This document shows, piece by piece, positions 1 through 13,153 of a stretch of 64,000 nucleotides of DNA. Origin of the DNA: the human T2T-CHM13v2.0 reference genome, Homo sapiens; the NCBI RefSeq assembly GCF_009914755.1, contig NC_060947.1; one strand, written 5' to 3'. Under the pieces are notes generated by a model that saw only the letters and a program-made list of their open reading frames with translations, ran no database searches and was not told the origin of the DNA. The translations under genes were made by a program, and so were the position numbers. The first letter of the stretch is position 1. Every line of letters starts with the position of its first letter.

Positions 1-1232
1 TGGGTATTCACCTTCTTTTATATGTGATTAACTCAATTATTAGTTCCAATAAGTCTCTTGTACATTACTTAGACTTTTATATTTACATAAAATTAATTTT
101 CGACCAATGATATTTTATTTTCCTCTTAAATCTGAGTATTTTTTATTCTTTTATGCCAAATTGCCCTGGCTAAAACTTTTAGTTAAATTTTGCCTAAAAA
201 TGGTGAGAACAGATTCTTATCTGGTTCCAGGTCATATGCAGAAAGCATTTTTTTTTTTTTTTACCATTTAATACAATGTCATGTTTTTAGTTTTTATGGA
301 TGGCCTTTATAAAGTTGAGGAAATCATCTTCTATTTCTAGTCAGCTGAATTTTTTTTATTATAAGGTGACAGATTTTACCAAACGTCTTTTCTGTGTCTA
401 ATAATGTAACCAAGTGGATTTTGTACTTTAGTATATTAATATGGTATATTACATTGATTGATTTTTGTTTGTTGGGCCAACCTTGCATTTCTGAGACAAA
501 TCTCACTATTCAATGCTGTATAATGGTTTTTAGATGTTGTCAGGTTAGATATGCAAGTATTTTGTTGAGGATCCTTGCACCTAGATTTTGATTTTTTTGT
601 AGACTTCTTATTTGAACAATGTGTTATATAGAAATGTGTTGTTTAATATTTGGGGATTTTCCAGCTGTCTTTTCTGTTATTGATTTTCTAACTTAATTAT
701 ATTGTAGTACAGATTATGTTTTTGTAATTTCTAGTCTTTTAAAAATACTAAGGTATTTTTATGATGCAAGATACTGTCTATATTGATGAATGTCTCACGT
801 GAGTTTGAGAAGAATGTGTGTTCTATGCTGTTGAAGTATTCTATGCATCGCAATTAGATCAAATCGAGTGAGTGTGTTTGTTCATTTCAACCATATTCTT
901 ATTGATTTTCTGCTTCCTGGACTTATCAATTACTGAGAGATGAGTATTGAAATCTCCAACTATAATAGTGAGTTTGTTTCTCTTTGTAGTTCTATTAGGT
1001 TTTGCCTCACATATTTTGATGCTCTGTTGTTAAGTAAATACATATTAATAGTTGTTATGTCTTCTTGCAGAAATGACCTCTTTGTCATTATGTATGACTC
1101 TGTTATTATCCCTGATACATTTTCTTGTTCTAAACTACATTTCATCTGCAATTAATGTAGCTACTCCAGCTTATTGCTACCATGATATAACTCTCACTAC
1201 CTCAGAGCTCTCAATATCTGTTTCTTTATATT

Positions 1233-1591
1233 TGACATAGTTTGGCTGTGTCCCCACTAAACCTCATCTTAAATTGCAGCTCCCATAATTCCCATGTGTT
1301 GTGGGAGGGACCCAGTGGGAGACAACTTAATCATGGGGCGGTTTGCCCCATACTATTCTGGTGATGAATAACTCTCACTAGATCTGATGGTCTTATAACG
1401 GGTTTTCCTTTTCACTTAGTTCTCCTTCTGTCTAGCTAGCTGCCATGTAAGATGTGTCTTTTTCTTTTTGCCACGATGATGAGGTCTCTCCAGCCATGTG
1501 GAACTGTGGGTCCATTAAACCTCATTTTTTAAAAATAAATTACCCAGTCTCAGCTATGTCTTTATCAGTAGCATGAAAACTGACTAACACA
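1233..1591 (+). mobile_element. THE1-type MaLR solo LTR
   Basis: Starts TGACATAGTTTGGCTGTGTCCCC and ends ACTAACACA; 5-bp TSD ATATT at 1228-1232 and 1592-1596. Confidence 0.9.
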
Positions 1592-2331
1592 ATATTTAAA
1601 GTAGATTTCTTTTAAAACAATAGCTGTGTGTGTTTTTTTTTTTAATCCACTCTGACAGTCTCTGTCTTCTTACTGGAACATTTAGATCATTCCCATTTAA
1701 AGTGATTATGGATATAGTTAGATTAATATCTGTCATATGTATAACTGTTTTCTGTTTGAGGTCCATCTTCTTTTTTTTCTACTTTTTTTCTTCCCTGTCT
1801 GCTATTAACCAAAAGCAATATGAAATTTCATTTATTACCTCTCCTATCATGTTAATTAAACTTATTTTTAACACATTTTTGTGCCTTATGTAGAGTTTGC
1901 AATATATGTTTATAACATCTAATTCCATTTTCAAAGAATACTATCACCATGGAGATTAGGATTTCAGTGCATGAACGGGGGGGCATACACATTTTGTTTA
2001 TTGCAGTGATTGAAGTATTTTTTCTTTTATTCTGTTTCGATATAGATAAATGTTTGTAAATATTGTTAATTTTCCAAAAAAACACACATTTGGTTTCTTA
2101 AGGTGGAGGCTGAGGGTTTTATTTCAGATTTTTTCTATAATAGTTCTTCATAGCTATAAATTATGCTCTTGGCACTGATTTAGCTGAATTCCATTACTTT
2201 GATATGGTGTGTTTCTGCTTTAATTCAGTTCAAAATTTTTCTAATATTTCTTGTGCGTTCTCCTTTGACCCATTGATTATTCAGAAATGTGTTGTTTTTT
2301 TTCAAACGTTTGTAGATTGCCCAAATGTTGA

Positions 2332-2694
<363 letters not shown>

Positions 2695-2925
2695 CACGTG
2701 ACTTTTTAAGGCCAAATATATTACCCATCCTGGAGAATATTCCACATGTGCTTAAGAAAAATATGTACTGTGCTGTTCCTGGGTTAAGTGTTCTAGATGA
2801 TTGTTATCTCTAGTTTATTATATTGTTCAAGTTTCCCATATCCCTGCTGATAAATCAGTTTCACAATTAATTATCAAGGGAAAAATCATTCCTCTGCATA
2901 GATAGAACATGATCTTTAAAGGAGA

Positions 2926-3073
2926 AAGCATCACATCTGTTTGTTTATATATTGTCTATGGCTGCTTTTGCGCCCCAATGGTAGAGTTGAGTAGCTATGC
3001 CAGAGAATATATGGAGTGCAAAAAGTAAAATATTTACCATCCGTCCCTTTACAGAAAAAGCTTGCTGGTCTCT
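2926..3073. mobile_element. MER58A-like hAT DNA transposon fragment
   Basis: TTGTCTATGGCTGCTTTTG...AGAGTTGAGTAG...AAAATATTTACCATC...CCCTTTACAGAAAAAG matches the recalled MER58A consensus. Confidence 0.75.
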
Positions 3074-4960
3074 GATCTAAATTATTTTTTAGGTATGAAA
3101 TTGCTGGGCAAAAAGGTACAAATCTTCAACTTTAGAAATATAGTTAAAACACTCTGTAATGTGGTTGTGCAAAGTAATACTCTTTCATCTATGTGTATGA
3201 TTTCCTGTGGCTTCATATTCTTTTGCCAACACTTTGCAATGTCAGGCAAAGATTTTGCTAGTCTGTTGTCCAATATTGGTATGTCTTCATAATTATAATT
3301 TGCATTTCTCAGATTACCAGTGAGATTGAGCAACTTTTCAAATTTTTATCATTTGTATAAATCTGTGAATTCCTGTTAATATCTGTTGCCAATGTTTTCT
3401 ATGGAGATAATTGGGCTTTTATTATAATTATTTCTTTTTAAAAATATTTTCAACTTTATTACTTTAGATTCAAGGGGTATGTGTGAAGGTTTGTTATAAG
3501 GGTATACTGCATGATGCTGAAGTTAAGGGTAAAAATGATTCTATCACCCAGGTAGTGAGCATAATACACAATAGTTACTTTTTCAGCTCTTGCCCCCAGC
3601 CTTCCTTCCCTTGCCATTAGTTCCCAGTGTTTATTATTGCCATCCTTATGTCCAAGAGTACTGAATGTTTAGCTCCCACTTATAAGTGACTGCACAGTAT
3701 TTGGTTTGTATTCTGGTGTTAATTTGCTTTAGGATTATGGCCCCTAGCTGCATCCATGTTGCTGCAAAGGATATAATTTTGTTCCTTTTTATGGCTGTGT
3801 AGTACTCCATAGTGTATTTGTACCACATATTCTTTATCCAGTCCCTCACTGATAGACACTTAAATTGATTCCATGTCTTTGCTATCGTGAATAGTGTGGC
3901 AACAAACATAAAAGTTCATGTGTCTTCTGGGTAAAATGATTTAATCTTATGTGAGTATATACCCAGTAATGGAACTGCTGGGTTTAATGATTGCTCTAAT
4001 TTATATTCTTTGAGAAGTTTCCAAAATGGCTGCAGTTGTGCAGCTTTATTTCGGGGTTATCTATTCTGTTCTATTGGTTTAAGTGTCTGATTTTGTACCA
4101 GTATCATGCTGTTTTGGTTATGATATCCATTTTGAGTCAGGTAATGAGATGCCTCTGGCTTTTTTTTTTTTCTTTTTTTTTCTTAGGATTGCTTTGGCCA
4201 CTTTGACTCTTTTTTGCAGTTCCATACAAACTTTATAATAGTTTTTTTTCTAATTCTGCAAACAAAATGACATTTGGAGTTCAATGGAAATAGTGTTCAA
4301 CTTGTAAATAACTTTAGATAGTATGCCCTTTTTAACAACAGTGATTCATTCAATCCATGAGCATAAAATGTTTTCTTATTTGTTTGTGTCATCTCTGATT
4401 TTTTTTTTAAATCAATGTTTTGTAGTTCTCCTTGTAGAGATCCTCCCCTCATTGGTTAGATGTATTTCTAGGTATTTTTTTAGTGTGGCTGTTGTAATTG
4501 GGATGGCATTACTGATTTGGTTCTCAGTTTGAATGCTATTGGTATATAGAAATGCTACTGAGTTTTGCAGATTGATTTTGTATACAGAAATTTTACTGAA
4601 GTCATTTATGAGTACCAGGAGCTGTTTGATGGAGTCTTTAGTGTTTACTAGGTAAAGAATCATATCATCTGAGGAGAGAGACAGTTTGACTTTCTTTTTC
4701 TATTTGGATGCCTTTTATTTTTTTCTCTTGCCTGATTTCTCTGGGTAGGACTTCCTGCACTATGTTGAATTGGCATGGTGAAAGTGGGCATCCAAGTCTT
4801 CTTCCAGTTCTCAAGGGGAATGTTTCCAGCTTTTTACCATTCAGTATAATTTGGGCTGTGGGTTTGTCATAGACAACTCTATTATTTTGAAACATGTTCC
4901 TTCAATGCCTAGTCTGTTGCTGATTTTTATTATGAATAAATGTTTTTATCCAAAGCTTTT

Positions 4961-7900
4961 CGTTTTTACAGTGATTTAGTGTGTTTCTTAAGGTAAAACA
5001 ACAAAAACAAATTCTAAAATTATAACTTTAAATTAAGTGGTTAAATTTCAGATGACAGAGCCAATAATTGGTAACAGCTTCTTTAAGTTCATATTAATAG
5101 TCCAATTAAAAACCCTAAAAACACTACCTGGCAATAGTTTGAAAGAATCGGAAGGGTTCAGTGAAGGGAGAAAAAATATCCAAACATGAAAAATACCCAC
5201 AAAACACACGATCTTCTTTTTCATTTTATAATCTAAACTTGTAAAATTTTTATAAATACATGATCATTCTACACAATACAGATCTTCTAGAGCATTTGTA
5301 AAGGGTATTTTGGTCTTAAGGAATAAAGACTAAGATGGAAAAGGAGATGAAAACAGTGAAATCTGAGGAAGCAATACACTCTCTACACACAAGCAAACTG
5401 CAATTCATCCAGTCAAGTTAGTGGTTACAGTTCAGTACATGATTTTCAAGGCAACTAAGAAATCGGGACACAGATATTTCCCCTTCCTAGAGTTAACAAT
5501 TCTTTTAAAAGCTCTGATGTATCCATAAAGGAGTGTTGATTTTTGTGGGGTTTTTTTCCCAAAAGGAAACAAAAAAGTTTTCATCCCTAAATTCACATAC
5601 ACAAGTTAAGTTAAGCTATAAGCTAGTTTTAGACTACCCAGTGAAATAGAATTGTTGGTACCATCTGAGGCAGGTGCTACCCTCCCTAGTCAGTTCAAAA
5701 CATGATCCAGTAAAACAAATACACATTGGTATGCCTCAAACAACTATAAAGCATTTCATTTTTCTTCAAATATCATGTTTAATTAACTCCTAAGGTAACA
5801 GACTTCTAGAATGTTGTATTTTAATGGTGTATCGGAATCAATACTAGCAACAGAATGCAAAATTCAGAACTGCTATAAAAGTAAAATCATCATTAAAAAA
5901 AACTCAATCCTTATGTAAAAAGAGGGAGAACTGAGTGTGAAATACTAACACCAAATGTCTGAAGGCAGAATTTTTGTTTGTGGAAGACCAAGTGAAGAGA
6001 TGGATGCACCTAATCAAGACCAAATGGAAGACAGTGAAGAGTATGAAAACTGTTTAAAAAGGAAAAAGAAAAATAAGAAGGAAAATGGAGAAGAGACAGG
6101 CAGGAAAAGAATTACTAGACAGAACAAAAATAAGAGAAAATGAGGCCTGTGCATATGGCTCTTTTTTGTCTGTCCTTTGTATTCCTAAATAACTTAAAAT
6201 GTAAGTGGCATGTAGGCCACACTAGCAGGCAAGAATGAGCCTTGTGATGGATAGAGATGAAGGATCTTAGGCAAACAAATTGTTTTATTTTTTGTTTTTG
6301 CTTTTAATTCATACCTGAAAGCCTTGAATCCTTGCTAAATATTCCAGTTGTTTTGAAGGTTGTACTGGAGAACAAGGGGGAGTAGGAGAACTTCCTTTTA
6401 AACCTGTGGCTTCAGCTGTAGAAGATGTTCCATTCATAAGGAGTTCCCTGGCCATTGTAGCTGAACTATTTGATGTGGGATACATACTGAACAAAGAGCT
6501 TGAAGGTTGGTTCATATCTCTGGGTGACAAATAGCCTAGAGTAGTGCCAGAGGTTACTTTGTGGTGGCTGGCTTCCATCTCTTGATAAACATCAGGAGAC
6601 AAATGAAGAATTCCTTTTGGAGTATTATTTGTTGGTTCAGGAAACCCAGGCGTTGGATCACTCCATCCTTTGTTTTCCCCTGTCTTCTCAAGTTGATCCT
6701 GAAGATTAATGGATGCTTTATAACCAAGTTGTAATAGCATTGCTACTGCAACACTTTTTTTTTTTTTTGGCCTTTTTATTAGGTCCCGTTCCTGTAGCAG
6801 CTTCATTGCCTACCTTCATATACATCACAAATTCTCGACATCGAGGCATTCCTCTTTCTGAAAGCAAAACATAATCTGGCTCCTTTTCCTTTTTGGCCTG
6901 TTGAATTTGCGCCAGGCAGCTAATAGGGTTCATCCCTTGGCCTATTCTGGTCCGGCCTTGACTATTGTTTTAGGGCGTTTTTTAAAAAATAATTTTGCCT
7001 TTTCCACCACAGGAAGAGGTGGAAGTTTTTTAAGCTCCTGTAAGACGGTGGTTGCAGCACGCTTCTTGGAGAGTTTTTTGCTATTTCCTTCTCCTTCTGT
7101 AGAGAACTTTCCTACTGACACTCGAGTAACAAAGCTTTTCATATGTGGTGGTCCACTTTCTTTAATAACCTCAGAACTAACAGGTATATTTCAGTTCAGA
7201 GCAATTTCAAACACTAAGCTGATCTCAGGCTTATTTGCATCTTTGTCATCATCTATATCCTTTCCTGATTCACCATTCTAAGGCGATCTTTCTGGAATAG
7301 GTTCAATCTGCAGTGCTTGGATGTCTTTCATTGCAGCATTGTGTCTGGCTTTCCTTCCCCCAAAAATTCATTATTTCCTACATGAGCTGAACATAAAAGA
7401 TCTTAGGTATTGGGCAATGATACCTCTGATTATACATGACTTGAAAGTTGTAATTAGCTCTATTATTTGGGAATGGCTTTGGATCTAATGGCCTGTGGAT
7501 GGCAGGCTCTGCCCCTTTTCATAGCAAGCCCATTCAGTTCCACAGTTGGTGTTATACAGCCTGGGTTATTGTTAACATTACTTTTGGGTGGCTTCTAAAT
7601 AGGTTTGGGAAGCGTAGATTCAGTCAAAGCTTTATTACCGACAGCCTGTTGAGCCTTCTTTATACTGCTGCCTTCGGATTCCCATGTCTGCTCACCAAGA
7701 CTCAGTTGCACTGAGAACATCTTTGAATGAGCAGGCCCTCTTTAATCCAGAAGTTTATACTGGGGTTGGACTCTATTGAAACGGGCTAACTCATTTACCA
7801 GATACATTGCAGTTTTCTCTTTTGGGTTTGCCAATTTTATCTTGGAGAGAAGCTGATTTATTTGAAGCATGTTAAGACAATATTGACCAAACTGCTGTGT

Positions 7901-8229
7901 CCCTCACGGCTCCAAAAACTTCTGAGCCTTGGTCAAATTACTTTGTGTATCTTTGAGTTCTTCTTTTTCTGTCTTCTTCTTCTTTATTTTTCTTCAATCT
8001 TTAAAAAGTAAGCTAAAGCCCTTGTCTCTCCACTACGCCTCCCGCCGGCCCGCGACCCAGCGCGGCCATTGTTCGCGACGCCTCTCCCGCCCCCTGGCGG
8101 CTGCGGGGGCCCCAACAGCAGCTGGCTCTGCGGGGCTAGCGGTGGCGAGCTGGGCCCCCAGGCGAGGGCCATTCCTGCGGGCCTTGGGAACGCCGGCGAG
8201 CTAGTGCGCAAAGAGCGGCCCCGCCTGCC
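4961..8229 (-). pseudogene. STAU2 (processed pseudogene): Processed pseudogene of STAU2 (double-stranded RNA-binding protein Staufen homolog 2), with 5' UTR, disabled CDS (about 7834-6309) and about 1.35 kb of 3' UTR
   Basis: Intronless translation matches STAU2: [116 protein letters not shown]. Disablements: start codon lost (7832-7834), stops at 7742-7744, 7278-7280, 7191-7193 and 6942-6944, a deletion near 7350, and a frameshift in the A-run at about 6755-6768. TSD TCCAAAGCTTTT at 4949-4960 and 8230-8241. Confidence 0.96.
8031..8229 (-). promoter_or_regulatory. CpG-dense mini island derived from the STAU2 5' UTR (possible promoter)
   Basis: About 24 CpGs in 200 bp by eye, with GC-box-like CCCGCC motifs. 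Function is inferred, not shown. Confidence 0.4.
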
Positions 8230-9033
8230 TCCAAAGCTTTTTTTTTTTTTTTTTGCATCTATTGAGCTGATCATATGATTTTTGTTTTTGGTTCTGTTTG
8301 GGTGGTGAATCACATGTATTGATTTGCATATGTTAAACCAATCTAGCATCACAAGAATGGCGCCTCCTTGATTGTGGCGAAATCAACTTTGTGATGTGCT
8401 TCTGAATTACCTTTGCTAGTATTTTGTTAAGAATTTTTGCATCTATGTTCATCAGAGATATTGGCATGTAGTTTGTTTTTTTTGTTGTGTTTTTGCCAGG
8501 TTTTAGTATCAGGGTGATACTGGCTTCACAGAATAAGTTAGGGAGATGTCCCTTATCCTCATCTTTTTAGAAGAGTTTCAATAGAATTGGTATCAACTCT
8601 TCTTTGTACATCTGGTAGAAATTAGCAGTGAATCTTTCTAGTCCGAGGCTTTTTCTGGTTGGTAGGTAGGTTTTTTTTTTTTTTTTTTCTGATTCAATTT
8701 CAGAACTTGGTATTAGTTTGTTCAAGGTTTCAATTTCTTCCTGATTCAATATTAAGAAGTTGTATGTTTTGAGGAAGTTATCAATTTTCTCTGGATTTTC
8801 TCCTAGTTTTTGTGCATATAAGTGTCCATAATAGTCCCTGAGATTCTTTTGTATTTCTGTGGGATCATTTGTAATATCACCTGTTTCATTTCTGATTGTG
8901 CTATTTGGATCCTCTCTCTCTTTTTCTTTGTTGATCTGGCTAGTAGTGTATTGATCTTGTTTATCTTTTCAAAAAACCAACTATTGTTTTGTTAATTATT
9001 TGTATGTATTTTGGAGTCTCATTTTGGTCAGTT

Positions 9034-9680
9034 TGCTAGCAGGGGCGAATATGTGACTTACCCTTGGCAAATTCATGTGGGTCTGCAGCAACCTCAATTC
9101 TTGCCTCCTCAGAAGAAAAAAATTTGACTGAGGGGTACAAGGCAGAAAAAGACTGAGGCAAGTTTCAGAGCACGGCAGAAGTTTATTAAAAAGCTTTAGA
9201 GTAGGAAATAAAGAAGAGACCCAAGTGGGTCCCTTAGAGGTCAAGTGCCCTGTTTCACCTTGAACATTGGATTTTATGTGCTGACCTACTTCTCGCATCT
9301 TGCACCCCTTTCCTTTCATTCTTCCCTTACGGTGACCCGCCCGCATATGTGGTGCCCTGGTTGCACTTGGGAAGTGAGTATGTGCAATGTATTTACTGGA
9401 ATTGTATGCATGCTAACCTGAGGCTTTCTTCCCTTTTCCAGTGGTATGCCCCTGGAAGGTCGTACTGCACCATTTTGTCTCTTAATGCACATATTGAGCT
9501 CATTCACCCAATTCCTGAGATCTTATTGGAAGCTGCCAATTACCAATTTCAAGTGTATTTATCTGTTGGGAAACTGCCTCTTCCTGGTGTCGGCTGCAAT
9601 CAATTACCATTTTAGAGAGGCAATGTGACAACGGCCAAACCATCCTCTGATGGTTGCCTGATCTTCCTACAGAGTGGGGG
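9034..9680 (-). mobile_element. MER50-like ERV1 LTR, 5' end missing
   Basis: Shares GGTCTGCAGCAACCTCAATTCTTG..TCCTCAGAAGAAA..GACTGAGGCAAGTTTCAGAGCA with the complete copy at 47868-48607. Confidence 0.82.
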
Positions 9681-11709
9681 TCATAAACTTGGTTTATGAC
9701 CAAGCATATGGTTGATCTTGGAGTATGTTTCATGTGCAGATGAGAAGAATGTATATCCTCTTGTTGATGGGCAGAGTATTCTGTAGATGTCTATCAGGTC
9801 CAGTTGGTCAAGTGTTGGGTTTAAGTCCAAAATTTCTTCTTAGTTTTCTGCCTAGAAAATCTGTCTACTGCTGTCAGTGAGGTGTTAACATCCCCCACTT
9901 GTTATTGTGTGTCTAAGTGTTTTCATAGGTCTAGAAGTACTTGTCTTATGAATCTGGGTGTTCAAATGTTAGATGCTTATATATTTAGGATAGTTTAGTC
10001 TTTTCGTTTATTTAAACCCCATGTAATTATATAATGATGTTCTTTTGTCTTTTTTTACTGTTGTTAGTTTAAAGTCTGTTTTATCTGATATAAGAGTAGT
10101 GACCCCTGCCCTTTTAAGTGTTCTATTCACACGATAGATCTTTCTCCAGCGCTTTACTTTGAGCCCATGGGTGTCATTTATGTGCAGGATGGGTCTCTTG
10201 AAGACATTAGGTGGATGTGTCTTTTTAAAAATCCAACTTGCAACTGTGTGTCTTTTAAATGGAGCACTTCAATCATTTACATTCAATGTTAATATTGATA
10301 TGTTAGGTTTTGACCCTATCCTGAAGTTGTTAGCTGCTTGCTTTGTAGTTTCAGTTATGTAGTTGCTTTATATGGTATTTTCCTCTCAGTGTCTCCAGGC
10401 ATTTCCACAAGTTACCTCCAGGGCTTGGGAGAAGCAAAATGCTTTCCCTCAGCCTTGACTGCTCAAATTCTGCAGTGGAAAGAGGAGTCACAGAGAGGTT
10501 CTCTGCCTCTCTTATGTACTGGGGCATAAATAGGCATCTAATAAATGTCACTGAATGGAGATTTCCAAGTCAGAAAGTCATGAAAAAGTATACTACCTCA
10601 GTGTTAAGTAAAATAAGAGAGAATCAGTAAAAAATAGCTCTCTGTCCTGAGTTGATAAAATTTGAACAGAATTATTTCTACCACTTGGGAGTTATGATTA
10701 ATATTCTTTAATATTTTCTAATGTTTACTCTCTTTGTCATTTCTCATCTTCTAGATTTACTGATTTTTTACTGTGTACCCCCACACTCAAATGTGCAAAC
10801 ATACACACATGCGTGAACCATAAATATGTAAGCATGTATTCACACACAAATATATTTTCTCTATTTCACTATTTATTTTATTAAAGCCTATTTAAAAAAT
10901 TCCATCATATAATCCCAAATAACAGATGATATTATGTATATGCAATTTAAGCTAATAATGAATAACTTTCATAGGATGATAAGAAAGTATAGAATGAAAT
11001 TAAATTAATGTTTCAAAATTGAAATCTGGTGACATTCGATGCAAATTTATTTGTTTCCAGTGAACAGAAGAAAACGTTCAGTAATGAAAAATACAATTTT
11101 ATGCTACAGTGTATCAATAATAAGAATTGAAGAGTTTCAGCTGGTCAACTAGGACTCACCTTAAACCTCTGAACATGAAAATTTTGCTTCAGGAAATATG
11201 GAGATGATCTCATCTTTAAATCAAAAGCAATCACGGATTTCTATTACGTTGTAGTCCCTATTAATACAAACTAATGTGAGGAAATAAGCAAATTTGAGAT
11301 AAGGTGTAAGATTCAATTTTATGAATACTGACATGTTTTTTTGAATAGTCTGACTTTTCACACTCCGTGGTTGAATATCAAGATAAGTATAAAACATCAT
11401 TGAATAGGGACTTAAATTTAATTACTTATTTATAAGCCTGTGATAAATGCAATTAGCTTCACACAAGGTTTTTTTAACATATATATTTATATGTAAATAT
11501 ATATAATCCATAAATATATGTAATATATAAATATATATATAATCTATTCCATTTTTTTGCAAAGTGGAATGCCAGTTTAGTTTTCCAAACCTGTTGAGAA
11601 TCACATTGGACCTCTTATAACAAGTGTGCAATTTCAAGTACCTCTGTATTTGTATTATAATAACATTTTACTAAAAAGATTACTTATAGTCAACACCTAG
11701 CATTCATAT

Positions 11710-12262
11710 TGTAGAGATGAAAAGGTGCTTTATCTTCCTTTCCCATTGCCATAACCATTATCAGGTTTATAGCTGATATATAACAAAAGACAGATTAACA
11801 ATGGAAAACAAAACAAATTCATTACATGACATGGGAGCCTTCAGAAATGAAAAGCCAAAGACCTAGGAAAAAGTGTGTTTTCATGCTAAGTCTGAGGAAA
11901 GAAGTAGATAGTTGTGGAGACAAATAATTGGACACAAAAGGTATAATCTAATGGTAATAAACTGAGGAGGAAACCCAGCAAGGCCTATTTGTTCAGTTTC
12001 TTCTTGGCCTCTCTGTTAAGCATTCATTTCCTCTGGATATACAGCAGGACAACTGTCACATAAGGATCTTATGACATATTTCAGAGGGCAATTTTCCTAA
12101 GTTTCATGGTTTCCGTTTGGGGAGAATTAGGGGCGGGAGACAGGAAGGTGGGATAAGGTCAGAGAGACTTTCTAGCTTCTGAGTCACTGCTATCTCCTTC
12201 AACTCAAAAATACTTAGCATGCCAAGGTACCATACTTTAAGGCATGGTGCCTGAGCCCTGAT
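11710..12262 (-). mobile_element. ERV1 MER4-group solo LTR (subfamily uncertain)
   Basis: ATAACAAAAGACAGATTAAC...GGGAGCCTTCAGAAATG...GCATGCCAAGGTACCATACTTT..CTGAGCCC motifs typical of this LTR group. Confidence 0.7.
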
Positions 12263-12334
12263 AATATACTTACTTATATAGTACAAAGCAAAAGAACAAT
12301 CATTATACCCATTGTAGTAGACAGAACACAAACA

Positions 12335-12921
<587 letters not shown>

Positions 12922-13015
12922 AGAACAAGAATTATTGCCTCTATTTTATAGATAAAAACAACTGAAGCATCACAGTTTTTGTGACATCATAAAGATAACA
13001 TAGCTAAAAGGGGTT

Positions 13016-13153
13016 TGTGATAGGTAGAATAATGGCCTTCTAAAGATATCCACATGCTAATTCCAGCAAACTGTGAATATTTTAGATTAGACGGCAAAAG
13101 AAAAATTAAGTTGCACATAGAATTGAGTTTGCTAATCAGCTGACCTAAAATAG
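13016..13153 (+). mobile_element. MLT1D/E-like LTR, 5' part (split by a provirus)
   Basis: TGTGATAGGTAGAATAATGGCC...GCTAATCAGCTGACCTAAAATAGG; the consensus continues at 26434. Confidence 0.78.

Larger units (their letters stand above)
3430..10510 (-). mobile_element. L1 (L1PA15-16/L1PB-like) with internal deletions; host of the STAU2 retrocopy and a MER50-like LTR
   Basis: L1 3' UTR at about 3440-3640. ORF2 remnants: [47 protein letters not shown]...[24 protein letters not shown]2 resumes in register after 8241. A 5'UTR-like piece lies at about 10375-10510. Confidence 0.88.

Noticed and set aside
5955-6143. Lys/Glu-rich 62-aa ORF
   Set aside because: Antisense to the pyrimidine-rich 3' UTR of the retrocopy; a low-complexity artefact.
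6309-6806. 165-aa ORF with strong STAU2 similarity as a functional gene
   Set aside because: It is a fragment of a retrocopy with a lost start codon, multiple upstream stops and frameshifts; its N-terminus is out-of-frame sequence.
7929-8352. Overlapping GC-rich ORFs of 69-122 aa
   Set aside because: Stop-poor GC-rich 5' UTR, partly fused to L1 ORF2 sequence; no recognisable protein.
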